From contig OX597827.1 of the NCBI GenBank assembly GCA_951406725.2, positions 36,394,001 through 36,458,000 of the forward strand: 64,000 bases of DNA, read 5' to 3'. The translations under genes and the position numbers were made by a program. This document shows positions 11,960 to 24,714 of this stretch, one piece after another. The first letter of the stretch is position 1, and every line of letters begins with the position of its first letter. Source of the DNA: Octopus vulgaris. Its lineage: Eukaryota. Under the pieces are notes generated by a model. The model made no database searches. It was given only the letters and a program-made list of their open reading frames with translations, and had not been told where the DNA came from.

Positions 11960-12495
11960 TAGAAAATAAGGGTAGAGGAACATTGCAAAGCTGTGATATG
12001 AGGAGATATTGATAAATCGGTTATAGCTGATCATGTATGGAAAAATGGAGAGCGTCTCCCTCTGTGGGACGAAGTTAAAATAATAGACAGAGAACACCAC
12101 TGGAAAATACGAAAACTAAAAGCAGCAGCATGTATGCTAGGACACAACAACCTCTTAAGCAGACCGAGTGCAGATATGAATAGTATATATGGGAACCGGT
12201 ATTAAGGAAGGATAGGAAAATATTAGATTTATAAGCCCTAAAATTCACACCATAATTGCTCATGGGCATATGGTGTAGTGGTTAAGAGTGCTGGCTACTA
12301 ACCCCAAGATTCCGAGTTCGATTCCAGGCAATGACCTGAATAATAATAATAACATTGAAAAATACCTTAGGAATGAGAACCCAGGTTCGAAATGTCCGCA
12401 AGACACCTGATGAAGGCTGGAGGGTATATCAGCGGAAATGTGTTAACAACAAACCAGATGAGGACAAATATCCATGAAATGTAAAATAATGTAAA
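11960..12495 (+). mobile_element. Penelope-like element 3' end: GIY-YIG C-terminus plus 3' region with tRNA-like unit and hammerhead remnant
   Basis: IRVEEHCKAV...KSVIADHVWKN...WDEVKIIDREHHWKIRKLK... (GIY-YIG C-terminal half), then CTGATGA-stem-GAAA at 12407-12438. Confidence 0.8.
12264..12337 (+). other. tRNA-like sequence with Pol III A/B boxes (not a credible functional tRNA)
   Basis: A-box TGGTGTAGTGG, B-box GAGTTCGATTCC, tRNA-length, partial acceptor pairing GGGCAT/ATGACC; the anticodon and T stems are imperfect. Confidence 0.7.
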
Positions 12496-14859
12496 TGAAG
12501 GACATCTAGAGGTCAAAAGTGGATTCCTGACAAAAAATTTCAGTCAAAAAAACAGGTACCCACACTCTGCATCTCCATTTTTTGGAAGAATGCCCAAATC
12601 ATTTACAAAAGTCTATGAAAAGGCCTTTTGCCCACTGTGCATGGATGTATTGTAAGAGTACTGTAATACTGCAATAGTCCTGGATGCATCTATATGACTA
12701 GCATTGACATCTAATAGACTGTCATAGTCGGGAGGTGGGATGTTAGGGTGACAAAGGCTATGTGTGATGCAGAATGCTGGACAGATCACAGACTTATTCA
12801 TGACAGCATGTCCAGCCCAGGCAGTGACCACAAGCGAAGCTGGCAAACAAGTGACTAAACGTCAACAAAGGGCACAGTGTGAAATAGAACCTCAGCAAAA
12901 ACCTGGGCAGCAAGTTGAGGCAACTCAATATTGGTACAAAGAGTGTAGAAGAATACTGGATGATGTTCAGTACATCTTCAATGTTTATTGCCCGTGTGCA
13001 TCACAAAAATTATCTTCCTGTTTAACCTTCCTTTGATATTGCAACAGCTTTTATGTGTCCATAGCTTACACCGGGTACATTGTATGGAGTTTCTACCTAC
13101 GCCTTTTCTACAGATTGAGCAGGCTCATCTGCCTGAAGGGGTTTGTGATTTGACAGCCTTCCTACTTACTAAGACTTCAGTTTTTGCTAGGTTAACCCTA
13201 AGGCCCTTTGATTCTAGACATTGCTTCCACACCCTAAACTTCGTCATAAAAACAAAGTTAAAGTGTATGTGTTTGCCTGTGTATTCTTGATGAAATCAGT
13301 GCTGTAAGATGTGAGGAGTATATATAGTGAGAGCTGAGAGTGGCTTATAAGGATTCATGAGAGAAAATCATTGAATATAAATATATAGTAGAGTGTTCAT
13401 TAAACAAAAAAAAACTAGAGGTGACTTTTTTGAAATTCTGGATATTACCCATTCACATTGCGAACTAGAAACCTCAATATAGTGGCTCAAACTCTTAAGA
13501 ATAGCAGTCAATTCTCTCTCAATGTTAGCACTTTAAATAAAGAGGGATACATTAGACAATGTAGTTCCTAATATGCATATTAATGTAATCACAAATATTT
13601 TAACACTTCCACTCACCATCAGAAATTACTTCACAGTTTCAATAATTACAGATTTATTTATCAGTGAGATCTGTAATTAAATATTCTTAAGATTTGAGTG
13701 AAATGCTTCACATACAAACATGTATATACAGGATAAGGTTGAGTTTGTTCAAGTGTCTTAGATGTGAGAGGAATACATGAATATTGTTTTGTAAAATAGT
13801 CCAACCCATGTTTATATGGGAAGTCATTAAACTGATAATGATAGTAAGGTAGAGGTATTGCATACATGGTTACATGTATGCACAGATATACAGGAAAATG
13901 ATTTTAAAAAAAACTAATTCCTTCTTCAGTGTTAACAATTTCAAGAAAACATAGTTGGGGATGCTGAAGAATATTGGATACAGGAGTGGTAAAGGGAAAA
14001 AGAGTAAGTCAACACCATGGTGGTTAACTGTCATTTGGACAGACAACAATCTAATCTCCTTGTTTATTTTCTAATTAGGGAAGACTGGAGATAATAATCC
14101 TATCACAAACACACTGAACTTTCTATTGCCAACACAATTCCCACTACTTAAATCCCTACTCAGACACATTCTTATATGCATCACCACTTAGAGACCATGA
14201 CTAAAATAATCTTTAAGATAAGATAGATAGAGCAATTTCAGATCAAGAGGATAATACCAGCGCCATTTCCACCCCTACCCCTCTTAACAACAACTACAAT
14301 CATACACCAGCACTACTCCCACCATCACCACTTCTACAAACAGTTACATGGAGTGGCAGTAATAGAGAGGTCAACAGTGGCTACTAATTAATCATGAGAA
14401 CAGTTTAATTAGGGGAGTTGGGAAGGGGAAGGAGATGAGACTTGATGCCCTTTAGCTCATCCTGTAGGTCAGGTCAATGAAGTTGACCCCATCTTCCTTG
14501 AAATATGTCTTAGGGAAAATAGTTTCTCTTCCTAAGAATACACCTACTCCCTCATTCCCCCGAACCTATTTCTTTACTTTTATCTCCACCATTTTAAAAT
14601 CCAGTTTTTCATGCTTGCATGGATCAGACAGAATTTTTTGAAGCAGATATTCTATGGCTAACTTCACCTGTTTCCAAGCAAAGTAGCATTTCCCATGACC
14701 AGATATGTTTTCTCAGAAGATGAGAAATGAAGGGAGCCTCCTCTATGACTGTGTCATTTGTTTACTACTGTTGCACAATGTCACAATTGTTTTTCTTTTC
14801 GTTTATCTGTCCTTCAATCTATTCTTCTCTTCCTCTCTATTATGCATATTCAATGTGGG

Positions 14860-14975
14860 GAAAAAATCACATTAACAAAACATGTTTGCTCATAGATATC
14901 TGAATCCCAGCAAATTGCAACATCTCTGGCAAAGCATTTGAAAAGTTAAGTAAATACAAGGACCTTGAAACAGAT
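14860..14975 (+). mobile_element. R4/Dong-like LINE restriction-like endonuclease fragment
   Basis: NKTCLLIDI*IPANCNISGKAFEKLSKYKDLE resembles the RLE segment seen at 60497-60802. Confidence 0.55.
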
Positions 14976-15407
14976 TTCCTGTGAGAGAACAAGTTCAAAA
15001 ATCAAACTGATGCTGAAAGTACGTTTATTAGCCACAGTTGGAAGTAGTAATGTAAGCAACTGTGAACAAATGTCTTTCACATGGGTAGCACAGCATCCTT
15101 TTTCCTTGTTCTAAATGATCTCAGAATCCAACCAGTCACTCGTCTACACAATGTTGCTATCTTAGTAATGTGCACATTGCTCATATGGATTCTGAGGTCA
15201 TGCACTGACCTTGACTTCTGGATTGCATAACATTCTGGTCCTGTTTATTCCAGTTGCAATCTGTTTATGGGCCTCTAGTAGAATGCTTGAAATTCTCAGC
15301 ATTGTAATAGGATTGAACCCAATACCAAATGGTTGTGAACTTCTTAACCACTCAGCTTCGCTTGTGCCTATTAACCTTGTTATTTTGTCTTAATTGATCT
15401 TTTACAG

Positions 15408-15647
15408 GATCTCCGGTTAAGTGATTACAACTCAAGCAGTGATGAAGGGGATCTTGTTGCGAATGACAACAATGTGATGGGATTCTCATTACCAACAAAA
15501 GACAAGAAACACAAGCAAACAACAACAGAAGACCATTCTGCCTTAAAGAAGAAGAAGAAGATGTCAAAGAGAAAACCAAAAGTGATGATTGAATATGAGA
15601 CAGAGCTTGAGCAACCTTCAACTTCCAAAGAGAAACTCAAGTATTGA
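15408..15647 (+). CDS. MAK16: MAK16 homolog, last coding exon
   Basis: Acceptor cttttacag|GAT; open to TGA at 15645-15647. Encodes DLRLSDYNSSSDEGD...KKKKKMSKRKPKVMIEYETELEQPSTSKEKLKY, matching the MAK16 C-terminal basic stretch plus V-x-IEYE-x-E-x-E motif. Confidence 0.85.
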   Translation, partial: DLRLSDYNSSSDEGDLVANDNNVMGFSLPTKDKKHKQTTTEDHSALKKKKKMSKRKPKVMIEYETELEQPSTSKEKLKY

Positions 15648-16005
15648 GGGGTGTATTGGAGAAGGGGGTGGACTACAGGAGTTGGATTTGGACAGTCTGT
15701 ATTTTTGATGAGAGTTCTGTGCGTGTGTTTTGTATGTCTGTCTGTCTGTCTGCCAGTATGTATGTGTTACTCTTCTACCTCAAGAGTATTGCCATATCAG
15801 TGAGGTGTGTGGGAGGTGATTTACTGGATTATTTTCATGTAGGAGTGAGGAAGAACGAGTGGGATAAAGTGTGGTAATGTGGTGGGCATAGTTGGAGTGG
15901 AGTATGTAAATGGGGAGGGGAGATAAGGCCGAATAGTGTGAATGAGAGGAGTTTAAGGGTAAATGTTGATGGTGAGGTAAAGTATGATGTGTAAATTAAA
16001 TGAAA

Positions 16006-16011
16006 AATAAA
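16006..16011 (+). terminator. Probable MAK16 polyadenylation signal
   Basis: AATAAA about 360 nt after the stop codon, followed by a T/GT-rich tract (tttatatgatgtttatctgttttgttt). Confidence 0.55.
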
Positions 16012-16207
16012 ACTTGACTCTTTATATGATGTTTATCTGTTTTGTTTAGCTCATGTCTAGCTAGAGTTGAATAATTCTACTTGCTTGAGTCTGGCTGAAA
16101 ATTGAGTTGCACTCAAATATTAATACATACATTTTTATTTTAAAGAATATATTTATTTTTAAAAGATTATTTACGTATATTTATTAATTTTATTATTGTA
16201 GTTAATT

Positions 16208-16315
16208 TTAACCTGATGAGTGGCTATATTTATATTGAAGTGATTTTACTACTACTACTACTAATATTTTTACTATAATCATTTCTTAAATATAGCCACG
16301 TAACACGTGTTGTTA
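16208..16315 (+). ncRNA. Degenerate type-I hammerhead motif in a Penelope-type terminal repeat
   Basis: CTGATGA, long stem II GTGGCTATATTTA/TAAATATAGCCAC, GTAA in place of GAAA, palindromic CACGTG. Confidence 0.55.
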
Positions 16316-16489
16316 TTCTACTAAATATATACGTTTTATTGATTATTTTGTACATTACTTAATCATCGGTATGTTTTTTCTTATATTTAATATTTCTATT
16401 ATATGTAATTTTCTAGATGGTGTAATTTAATTTTTCATTTTGAATTGATAAAAGGTGGTTTTTTTCTAATTTATATATATATGTACGTG

Positions 16490-16699
16490 TGTGTATATGT
16501 TTGTGTGTCTGTCCCCCCAACATCGCTTGACAACCGATGCTGGTGTGTTTACATCCCCGTAACTTAGCTGTTCGGCAAAAATGAACGATAGAATAAGTAC
16601 TAGGCTTATAAAGAATAAGTCCTAGGGTTGATTTGCTCGACTAAAGGTGGTGCTCCAGCATGGCCACAGTCAAATGACTGAAACAAGTTAAAGAGTAGA
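16490..16699 (+). mobile_element. SINE family A, 3' half
   Basis: Reverse complement of 16874-17080. Confidence 0.8.
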
Positions 16700-16873
16700 G
16701 GTCACTACTTGTTACTTTTGAAGTCTTCTTTGAACAATCAGACGCCAGTTTATCTGGAAAGAAACAATACAGTTATTAATTAGAAGAACTGAAATTAACG
16801 CATGCAAGGTTTCACAGCTTTAGCACCACTCATTGTCAGCCTATGAACTTTTCAGCCCACACTCGTATCTCTC

Positions 16874-17079
16874 TCTTTACTCTTTTACTCTTTTATTTGT
16901 TTCAGTCATTTGACTGCGGCCATGCTGGAGCACCGCTTTTAGTCGAGCAAATCGACCCCGGGACTTATTCTTTGTAAGCCCAGTACTTATTCTATCGGTC
17001 TCTTTTGCCGAACCGCTAAGTGACGGGGACGTAAACACACCAGCATCGGTTGTCAAGCAATGCTAGGGAGACAGACACA

Positions 17080-17127
<48 letters not shown>

Positions 17128-17299
17128 CATATATACGATAGGCTTCTTTCAGTTTCCGTCTAACAAATCCACTCACAAGGCATTGGTCGGCCCGGGGTTA
17201 TAGCAGTAGACACTTGCCCAAGATGCCACGCAGTGGGACTGAACCCGGAACCATGTGGTTGGTTAGCAAGCTACTTACCACACCGCCACTCCTGCGCCT
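16874..17299 (-). mobile_element. SINE family A, full length with internal (CA)n/(TA)n
   Basis: Minus strand: ggcgcaggagtggcggtgtggtaag...ggttccgggttcagtcccactgcg...tgactgaaacaaataaaagagtaaaagag. Other fragments at ~23640-23875, 54655-54813 and 56190-56335. Confidence 0.88.
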
Positions 17300-17389
17300 C
17301 TAGTTACAAATGTGTAAATACATGTGCACACACACAAAAAAAAAGGAAGAAAAACGTACGTCCACACATATACATAATTTTACAGGTCT

Positions 17390-17750
17390 TTAGACATTTT
17401 GAAGGAATATGAAAATATACAGGTAGTAGGGGTTACGACAAAACGGATAACATGTAATCCCACTCAATTATGTACAATGTGTGAAAGAATGACCAAAGTA
17501 TCAAATCATGTGAATAATCGGGTAATAAACCATTCAAAATGTGACCGCGTGTGTACCGTTGGCGATTTTTTTTCCTCCGTCTTCCCTTCTCTGGATCTTT
17601 CCTTCTCCTATGTTTCCGACTAAGAGCTCCACTCGAAACGTTAAACCCTCCTTTCCTTTTTTCCTGAGCGTCAAATAATACTATATTTGTTCCACGTCCT
17701 CGCGTTGTTGTTTTTTTTTGCTTTCTTGTTTGGATTAGCTTTAATAAATC
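17390..17750 (+). mobile_element. Penelope-type terminal repeat fragment with hammerhead-like motif (same family as 26980, 32633 and 25095)
   Basis: tttCCGACTAagagctccactcGAAAcgttaaa at about 17613-17645; the downstream ~110 nt are shared with the other copies. Confidence 0.65.
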
Positions 17751-18285
17751 ATATATGTGGATACCCCCCACCCTCAAAAAAAAAAAAACCCCTATAAATT
17801 AGCAGGATATAACAGGACGCTCAGAGGGATTGGTAGGATTTGGTTGACTATAATATCAAATGGTCGATCGTTCAGCGTGCGAAGCCTTATAGTGGTTACA
17901 ACAATAATTGCTCGTTATATATTGCAGAAATTATGACAATCATGAACTTTTGCCCAATGTTTTACATTGAACAGTGAGATGGCTTTGAGAGACAATATGT
18001 GAAAAGAAACATTTTAAAGCTATTAGCTATTGCTTCAGTCTCACCAGTCACAAATAACCCCGCCTCTTTCCTTTTTTTGGTATCATATCTCGTTTCTCTT
18101 GCATTTTTCATCGGACCATTAAGCTATCCTCTGTAACTGATGGACTGGACGAAATATGAAGGCGGGACTAGAACTTCTGCTATTTAGGGATTTCATTTTA
18201 CTGAACGTCTTACTATTATTGGTCGTATTTATGTTTGCTTGTTAACCACCGTTTTTCAGTACCTACCCCATAGAAATAGGACTAA

Positions 18286-18666
18286 CTAGCAGTATCGCCC
18301 GGCGTTGCTCAGGTTTGTAAGGGAAATAACTATAAAGCATTTTTAGAGAGTTATAGCCAAAAAATAGCAAAAAAATGGAAAAAAAATGATGGTAAATTTT
18401 TTTGAGAGTTAAAGGTAGAGTTGCGTCCCCTAGACGGTCTGTGGTTTGGGTTTCTAATTCTCGACCCCATGTCGAATTTATCGATTTTTTTCAGAACTGG
18501 GGGAACTTTTCAAAATTTTCTCTGCGTTAGTTTTGAATTATGACATTGGGCTATGTGTGTGTCAAGTTTCATCAGAATCGGTTGAAAGCCGTGGTCAGAG
18601 TGAGGGTACGAGAAAACAGACACACAGAAACACGCACAGACAAACTGCCGTTTATATAGAGAGAGA
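18286..18666 (-). mobile_element. Non-autonomous Helitron
   Basis: Minus strand starts A|TCTCTCTCTATATAAAC and ends with a GC hairpin (acctgagcaacgccgggc) then CTAG|T; A/T insertion site, no TSD. Confidence 0.85.
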
Positions 18667-19183
18667 TAACAGCTAGTCTGTGTTGCTGGTTTGATTCTTG
18701 CTTGAAGGCATTTTGTTTTATTCCGTTTCACGTACCTGCAATATGGGAAACGTGGTTACTTCACATGCTAGAATTAGAGATCAAATATCACTTGAATTAT
18801 GCCCCACAGTCATAAAAAATGGTGGTCGTAAAAAAATGTAGTCCTAGATATAATGTATCTGAGTAAAAGATGGGATGATCACAACTTTGAACATCGGCCT
18901 GCTGGGACTAAAAAACGCCAAAAACTGTCCACACACACATACAGACATTCGGAGTTGGGATTACAAGACAATAGTCGGTCAAAGTTAGAACTCTTTTGCA
19001 TGTCACACTACCCTCTTTTTATTTCTCCATACAATGGTAACGTTGTACCCATTTCCTTACCACTTACAAGAAAACATATTTGACATCCACTCTAAATGAA
19101 GTCAATTGTTGTGAACATCATTAAGTACTAAAATGAAGTTCACTCTGTAAAGAAGTTACTCGTCTACATAATAAAATCCGGGA

Positions 19184-19651
19184 TGTAACTAAACACTTTC
19201 AAACTTCGGATACTGGAAGTATGTGTCATATAAAACATCTTTTACTCTTAGCATTTTTGAGAAAAAACATATATACGAAGTTATTTCACGTTAATGTTGT
19301 TCTATTTCGGTAATTTCAACCAATCAATGACGTGTATTCAGCTGAATAAAATTACTGCTGTTGTATGTCACTTATTTATGGCAACCCTAATCCTAAAACT
19401 TTAACCCTAACTCTAAAACCCTAACCCCCTAACTCTAAAACCTTAAAACCAGTACAAATGCACCGCCGATAGTTGTTGACAAACAACGGCAGTAATTTTA
19501 TTCAGCTGAATACACGTCATTCATTGATTGAAATTACCGAAATCATGAAATAACTTCGTAAATAGAAATTTTTCACATCAATGCTAAGAGTAAAAGATGC
19601 TTTATACGATACATTCTAACAGTATACGAAGTTTCAAAGTGTTTAGTTATA
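19184..19651. mobile_element. Foldback MITE with long inverted arms and a telomere-like centre
   Basis: Arms of ~185 bp (taactaaacactttcaaacttcg...aaaattactgctgttg / caacggcagtaatttt...cgaagtttcaaagtgtttagtta) flank degenerate (AACCCT)n at ~19384-19450. Confidence 0.8.
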
Positions 19652-19685
19652 AAAAATTATACAATTCACTGTAACTTATTTACCT

Positions 19686-20725
19686 TGTAGCGTAGCTAGG
19701 TGATATCCTCACTGTTTGAGAGATATATTAGAAATGATCTCGTGTGTTAGATAGCAACCATCTTCGGCTATTTTGACCCTGTTGTGTCCACTGTACTGAT
19801 TGGTTGGCATTGGCGTAGTTTGTCTCTTGACTTATTTCGCGCCAGTGTGTAAGCCAACCACTCACGGCCTTCGGATAAGGTCCCATGACAGTCTTTGGGG
19901 GTTTCACTGGAGCTCACCTCAGGTTATAAAAGGTGCCAGCAAATCACGATTTCCCGTCTTAGGTTCCAGTCCTTCTCAGGATTAACCTCTGACCACAGCT
20001 ACTCAACCAGTTCCAGCGACTCAGCCAGTTCCAGTTCCAGCGGCAGACGACCAGACCAGCCAGCCATGTTCCTGCTCCAGCAGCGCCGACGCCATCATCA
20101 TCGTCGTCTCCATCTCCGTTGCCTTCATCTCCAGCAACACCAATGCGTACACAGCACTCGCTCAGGTTTAGCTTTCTCACTGTTGTGATTTTCACCAAAG
20201 TTAACAGCACAACACTACCTGCAAGAATTCCTGTATCAAGAGACCTGGCACAGCATTGAAGCCCCAACCGCTACACGACATGTGTTCAACCGGCATTCTG
20301 CACATGTGACCCCAACATCCTGTTACAGGACTACAACTATTGTGTAACCTTACTACGAACTGGTAAATTCATCTCCATCTTGTCTGAAATACCCCGAGAG
20401 ATTCTTTTCTATGCTCTGTATTTTGTTTTGCCCGCATACACCTTGTTTGTACTTCTGTCGCACACACGAACACACAGACGCAAACACTTGTCGCATGCAC
20501 ACAGACACTTCACTTTGCTAGCACCCATACTTTATCTTATTGTACACATCTGTAAATAAAGTATTCTCTCTCAAACAATAGAACGGTTGTCGTCCTCATT
20601 ATTCCTTTTGGCACTTATTCATTTATATCATGTATTCGGCTTTTTATTTTGTTAGGGCAACCGTGCGGCGTTAAAAAGGAGACATTTCTGTCGCCAACTC
20701 CTTACGTACGCTCGTTTTCCCTACA
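19686..20725 (+). mobile_element. Solo LTR (gypsy-type), 1040 bp
   Basis: ACCT|TGTAG ... CTACA|ACCT: 5-bp inverted ends and 4-bp TSD; TATAAAA at ~19925 and AATAAA at ~20555. Confidence 0.9.
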
Positions 20726-21135
20726 ACCTCTGTTTATGTATAAGAAAGCTTTAGCTGAAATGTTTCGTTAATATGGAAAAATTTTTATAAAAAAAGATCT
20801 GACACTCTTCACCTACCACAACTATTACTAACACACATATTAAAAAATGTGAGAGCTTTTATGTAGTTACTTAACGTGAAGCCAAATCTTCTCTAAATCA
20901 ACCAGAAAGGAACACCGTAATGATGAAAATTGAATTTTGACTATATAAATTGCAACTATATAAAGTACTAGGTATATTTTGCATTAAATATGTATATACG
21001 TAAAAGAATAATGAAATATACTTATCTTACTTCGTTTTTGTATTGATTTGCAAGATCTTTGACGTAAATTCGTGTCTTGAAACAAATCTTGTATATTGGG
21101 AAGGTCATTACGCCAATGATAATGAACACTCATAG

Positions 21136-21335
21136 GGCGTCGAGCTGACAGAATAGTTAGCACACCGGAAAAAAATGCTAAGCAGCATTTCATCCGTTTT
21201 TACGTTCTGAGTTCAAATTCCGCCGAAGTCGACTTTGCCTTTCATTCTTGCTGGGTTAATAAAAATAAGTACCAGTTGAGCACCGGAATCGATGTAATCG
21301 ATATACTCCACCCCCTGAAATTACTGGCCTTGTAA
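21136..21335 (+). mobile_element. SINE family B, diverged
   Basis: Colinear with 7372-7535. Confidence 0.75.
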
Positions 21336-21639
21336 TTACTGTCCTACTTCTCGTAGGTACTGCGACCGCTCAACGAGGTATCCCCAGATGTGAGCAATAA
21401 AGACCTCCTCAATTGAGTCAATTAATGTAACCGCCTAGACGACCTCACAGGTTTTGTAGTAGGTAATATTGACGTGATATCACTCTTTCTGTCTGGAAAT
21501 AACCAAAGGAAAGATTTTAAAATTGTTGATGCTGACACACCTTTCCAGACACTATTGTGGTTTCGTCCTTTCTAATTATGAGCTTCAAAAAAAATTTGGT
21601 TTAGTTTGTTCAATGCCAATCTAACGACTCACTACGAAA

Positions 21640-22740
21640 ATAAACAATAGATGTCTTCAAGATCTTTTCGAGGTAACAAAAAAAAAAAGATCGATCAATT
21701 AAACGATGAATTGAGGAACTAAATAAACTTTTTGGAAATATGATTGCACCGAGAAGAGTAGATGCAATGGCAGATTAAAAACCAAGTTCTTTATTCCACA
21801 TAATTTTCGAATTCACTCAATGTAAGTGGTATACCTTCTCACATTACCAAAATCAAAATCAAGACAGGAGCTTCAGTAATGCTTCTCTGAAACTTAGGTA
21901 GTAGAAGCAGCCACTGTAGTGATACTCGAAACACGATACTGACAATTTACTGACCATCAGCAAACTTAGCAGTATGAACGCTGGAAGGATACAAAGGATT
22001 CCCTGGATTTCTCTTTAACCGTCTAACATCGACTTGTCAGTCCTTAAAAAAAGAACTGCAATTTCCTATAAGGCCTGCTTTTGTTTTGACGGAAAAGTAA
22101 GTCAGCGATAATGTTTAAAGAGGAGTAAGTAATATCTTCCGACACAAGTGATCACATACTGGCAATTACCATAAATCCTCGAGTATAGTGCGCCCTTGAG
22201 TATAATACGCAGGGGATTTTTAGGGGGCTGTACCTCTGAAAAACCTAAACCTTGTGTATAATACGCACCCTTTCTCTAACTTAAGTCAAGGAGGTCTATA
22301 TAACGTCCTTGGTTTGTAAAACTGTATACGGTAACGTACTTTATTATTATTGTATATATAACATAATGCCAAAGTGTAGCATTTTTGTGAATTTTGTTTG
22401 CAGAAAATAAAGAAATAACAGTAATAACGTTTAATAAATGTTGCTTACTGCAAGTGATGGATGATTCTTTTATGACTTCATTGCTTTCAGGCTTAACTTA
22501 AGGTATTTTCGCGCCCGACATCACAAAATGCGTCTGAATAAACATTGCCGGACAGCAGATAGAGACTCGGACATTGCTTAGAAAATATTTTTCATTTTTA
22601 ACCTCGTGTATAATACGCACGAGGGATTTTGGCCTTTAAATTTTTGGGGAAAAAATGCGGATTATACTCGAGGATTTACGGTATATACCGCAAGTCGCAA
22701 TCATCAAAGTGACTGATCCAGCAAACCTGAGAGAATTGTT
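21640..22740 (+). pseudogene. Decayed Helitron PIF1-like helicase fragment, interrupted by a MITE
   Basis: NSLNVSGIPSH...KTGASVMLL*NL...RIP...LQFPIRPAFVLT...QL|YTA, matching Helitron helicase motifs (PVMLLRNL, QFPVRLAFAMT, GQLYVA). Confidence 0.75.
22169..22681. mobile_element. Tc1/mariner-superfamily (pogo/Tc2-like) MITE
   Basis: TA|CCATAAATCCTCGAGTATA ... TATACTCGAGGATTTACGG|TA, with repeated subterminal gtataatacgca motifs. Removing it restores the Helitron QLY codons. Confidence 0.88.
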
Positions 22741-23704
22741 TATGGAGAGGTCACCTACATAAACGTAAATATTATAGAATCTAAGCCCTAAGGTTGTAAA
22801 GTATAAAAGAAAATTTTTTAAAAATAAATGCTTTTTGATAAACAATATCAAAAGAATTCACCGAAAAAGACAACCTAATTTTCAAAAATCTAATTAAAAT
22901 GCACCCAATAATATAGCATCATCTATTTTTCTGAAAGTGAAAATTTTGTATTTAAGCGGAATATATTTTATATAAAAGGATGTATTTTGAATGGAAAAAC
23001 AATTTAATATAAAATTTTGCCTTATTATCGGTAGCAAAGTGACGGATATCGAATGAGTAAGATAAAATAACACATTCTATACCTTTATGTCCTGAGTACT
23101 TTATTGTGTCAGTAGAAGCATTGCTCGTATCAATACATGCGAGCGCGCACCTTCCACTCGTACACATATATAGATATACGTAGAAGACAAATTAGAGCTG
23201 TATTTGCTGCGACTCTCTGCGATCTGTGTTCGAATACAGATTTGATGACCTTTCGGAGTCTATAAAACATACTAATCGAGCACTTTGCTTTCGACGAGTC
23301 CAAGCTGCATCGGTTCAAGACTGTGGCCTTTCTGTTATATAAACATTGGTGCAGAGGACCTCCGCGGTTGAGGGGCCCATGTTAAGATCAAAGTATATAG
23401 ATGAGCCATCTGTTTACTTTGGTTAAGATGTTAACAGAAAATTTCAAGCCGGACGAAGAAAAAAATATGAGGGTTTACCGTAAATAAATTTAAAAGAAAC
23501 GAAAAAAGTAAATGAAAAAAAAAAGCTTGCCAACGAAATCCCCAAGGAGATAAAAGAAAAACGAAAGAAATCCAAAACAATGAAAATAAAAAAACAATAG
23601 AAAAGACAAGAAAAAGAAGCAATAGTAATGAATGGTGATGTATAGTTATACAAACATACACACACAGGTATACGTACATACATACATACATACATGCACG
23701 CACG

Positions 23705-23801
<97 letters not shown>

Positions 23802-23926
23802 CTGGCTTTTTTCTGTTTCCGTCAACCAAATCCATTCACAAGGCTTTGGTCTGCTCGGGTCAATAGATAGACGTGTACCAAACGCACGCACACACACATC
23901 TCTTAGTTCCTCTTTCTCCCTTCATT

Positions 23927-23986
<60 letters not shown>

Positions 23987-24036
23987 TTAGCATTACTAAA
24001 TTGAACTTTTCCCTGTAAGTTTGGAATAATATTCTC

Positions 24037-24098
<62 letters not shown>

Positions 24099-24419
24099 AA
24101 AATGGGTCAAGAATGCAACACATTCAGACAGACGATACAAAGAAAAAAGGATGGGTCATTCGAAGTTTTCTTTCCTCAGTCGAGTTCCAGATTATTCTTG
24201 CAATTTCGGCTGGTTATACTCGAGATTGCTCGAATCTGGCTAGCTCCAAGGAAAAAACTAACCTAAGAGCACTAGATTCCTTGGAATCTGTTTAGAGAAA
24301 GCTAACATATAAATACTTACTGTACAAACAGCTTACATTTTTGAAATCACATTCACTTAAAAATATTTATAAAGGATTAAAATATTGTGTTTAACAAAAG
24401 AGAAAATAGAAACATTCTT

Positions 24420-24714
24420 TCTACTATAATAATACTCTTGTGTTTTTCTCCGTCACAACATATGCATGAGAAAGGAAGGGCTGATATATGAATAAGGAAG
24501 GAAGTGGTGATGGCAAAATGTGACTGTGTGTGTGAGTGAACATTCAACGCTGAAAAGAAAAATCAAATAGCATTTCAACTCTGTGTGAGTATATGTGTGT
24601 ATGTGTGTGCGTGTACAAAGGAAGTATGTGAATGTTTGTGTGATTATTATGAACTTTATTTACATATAACATACTACAATTAGCCGTCATTTTTGACGGT
24701 ACGGGGCCAGCTAG
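24420..24714 (+). mobile_element. Short non-autonomous Helitron
   Basis: 5' TCTACTATAATAA; 3' hairpin CCGTCA-TTTT-TGACGG then CTAG|T. Confidence 0.65.

Noticed and set aside
12264-12337. Functional tRNA gene
   Set aside because: Anticodon and T stems do not pair properly, there is no oligo-T terminator directly downstream, and it lies within a retroelement.
19384-19450. Telomere or chromosome fusion site
   Set aside because: Short, degenerate, single orientation and enclosed by MITE arms.
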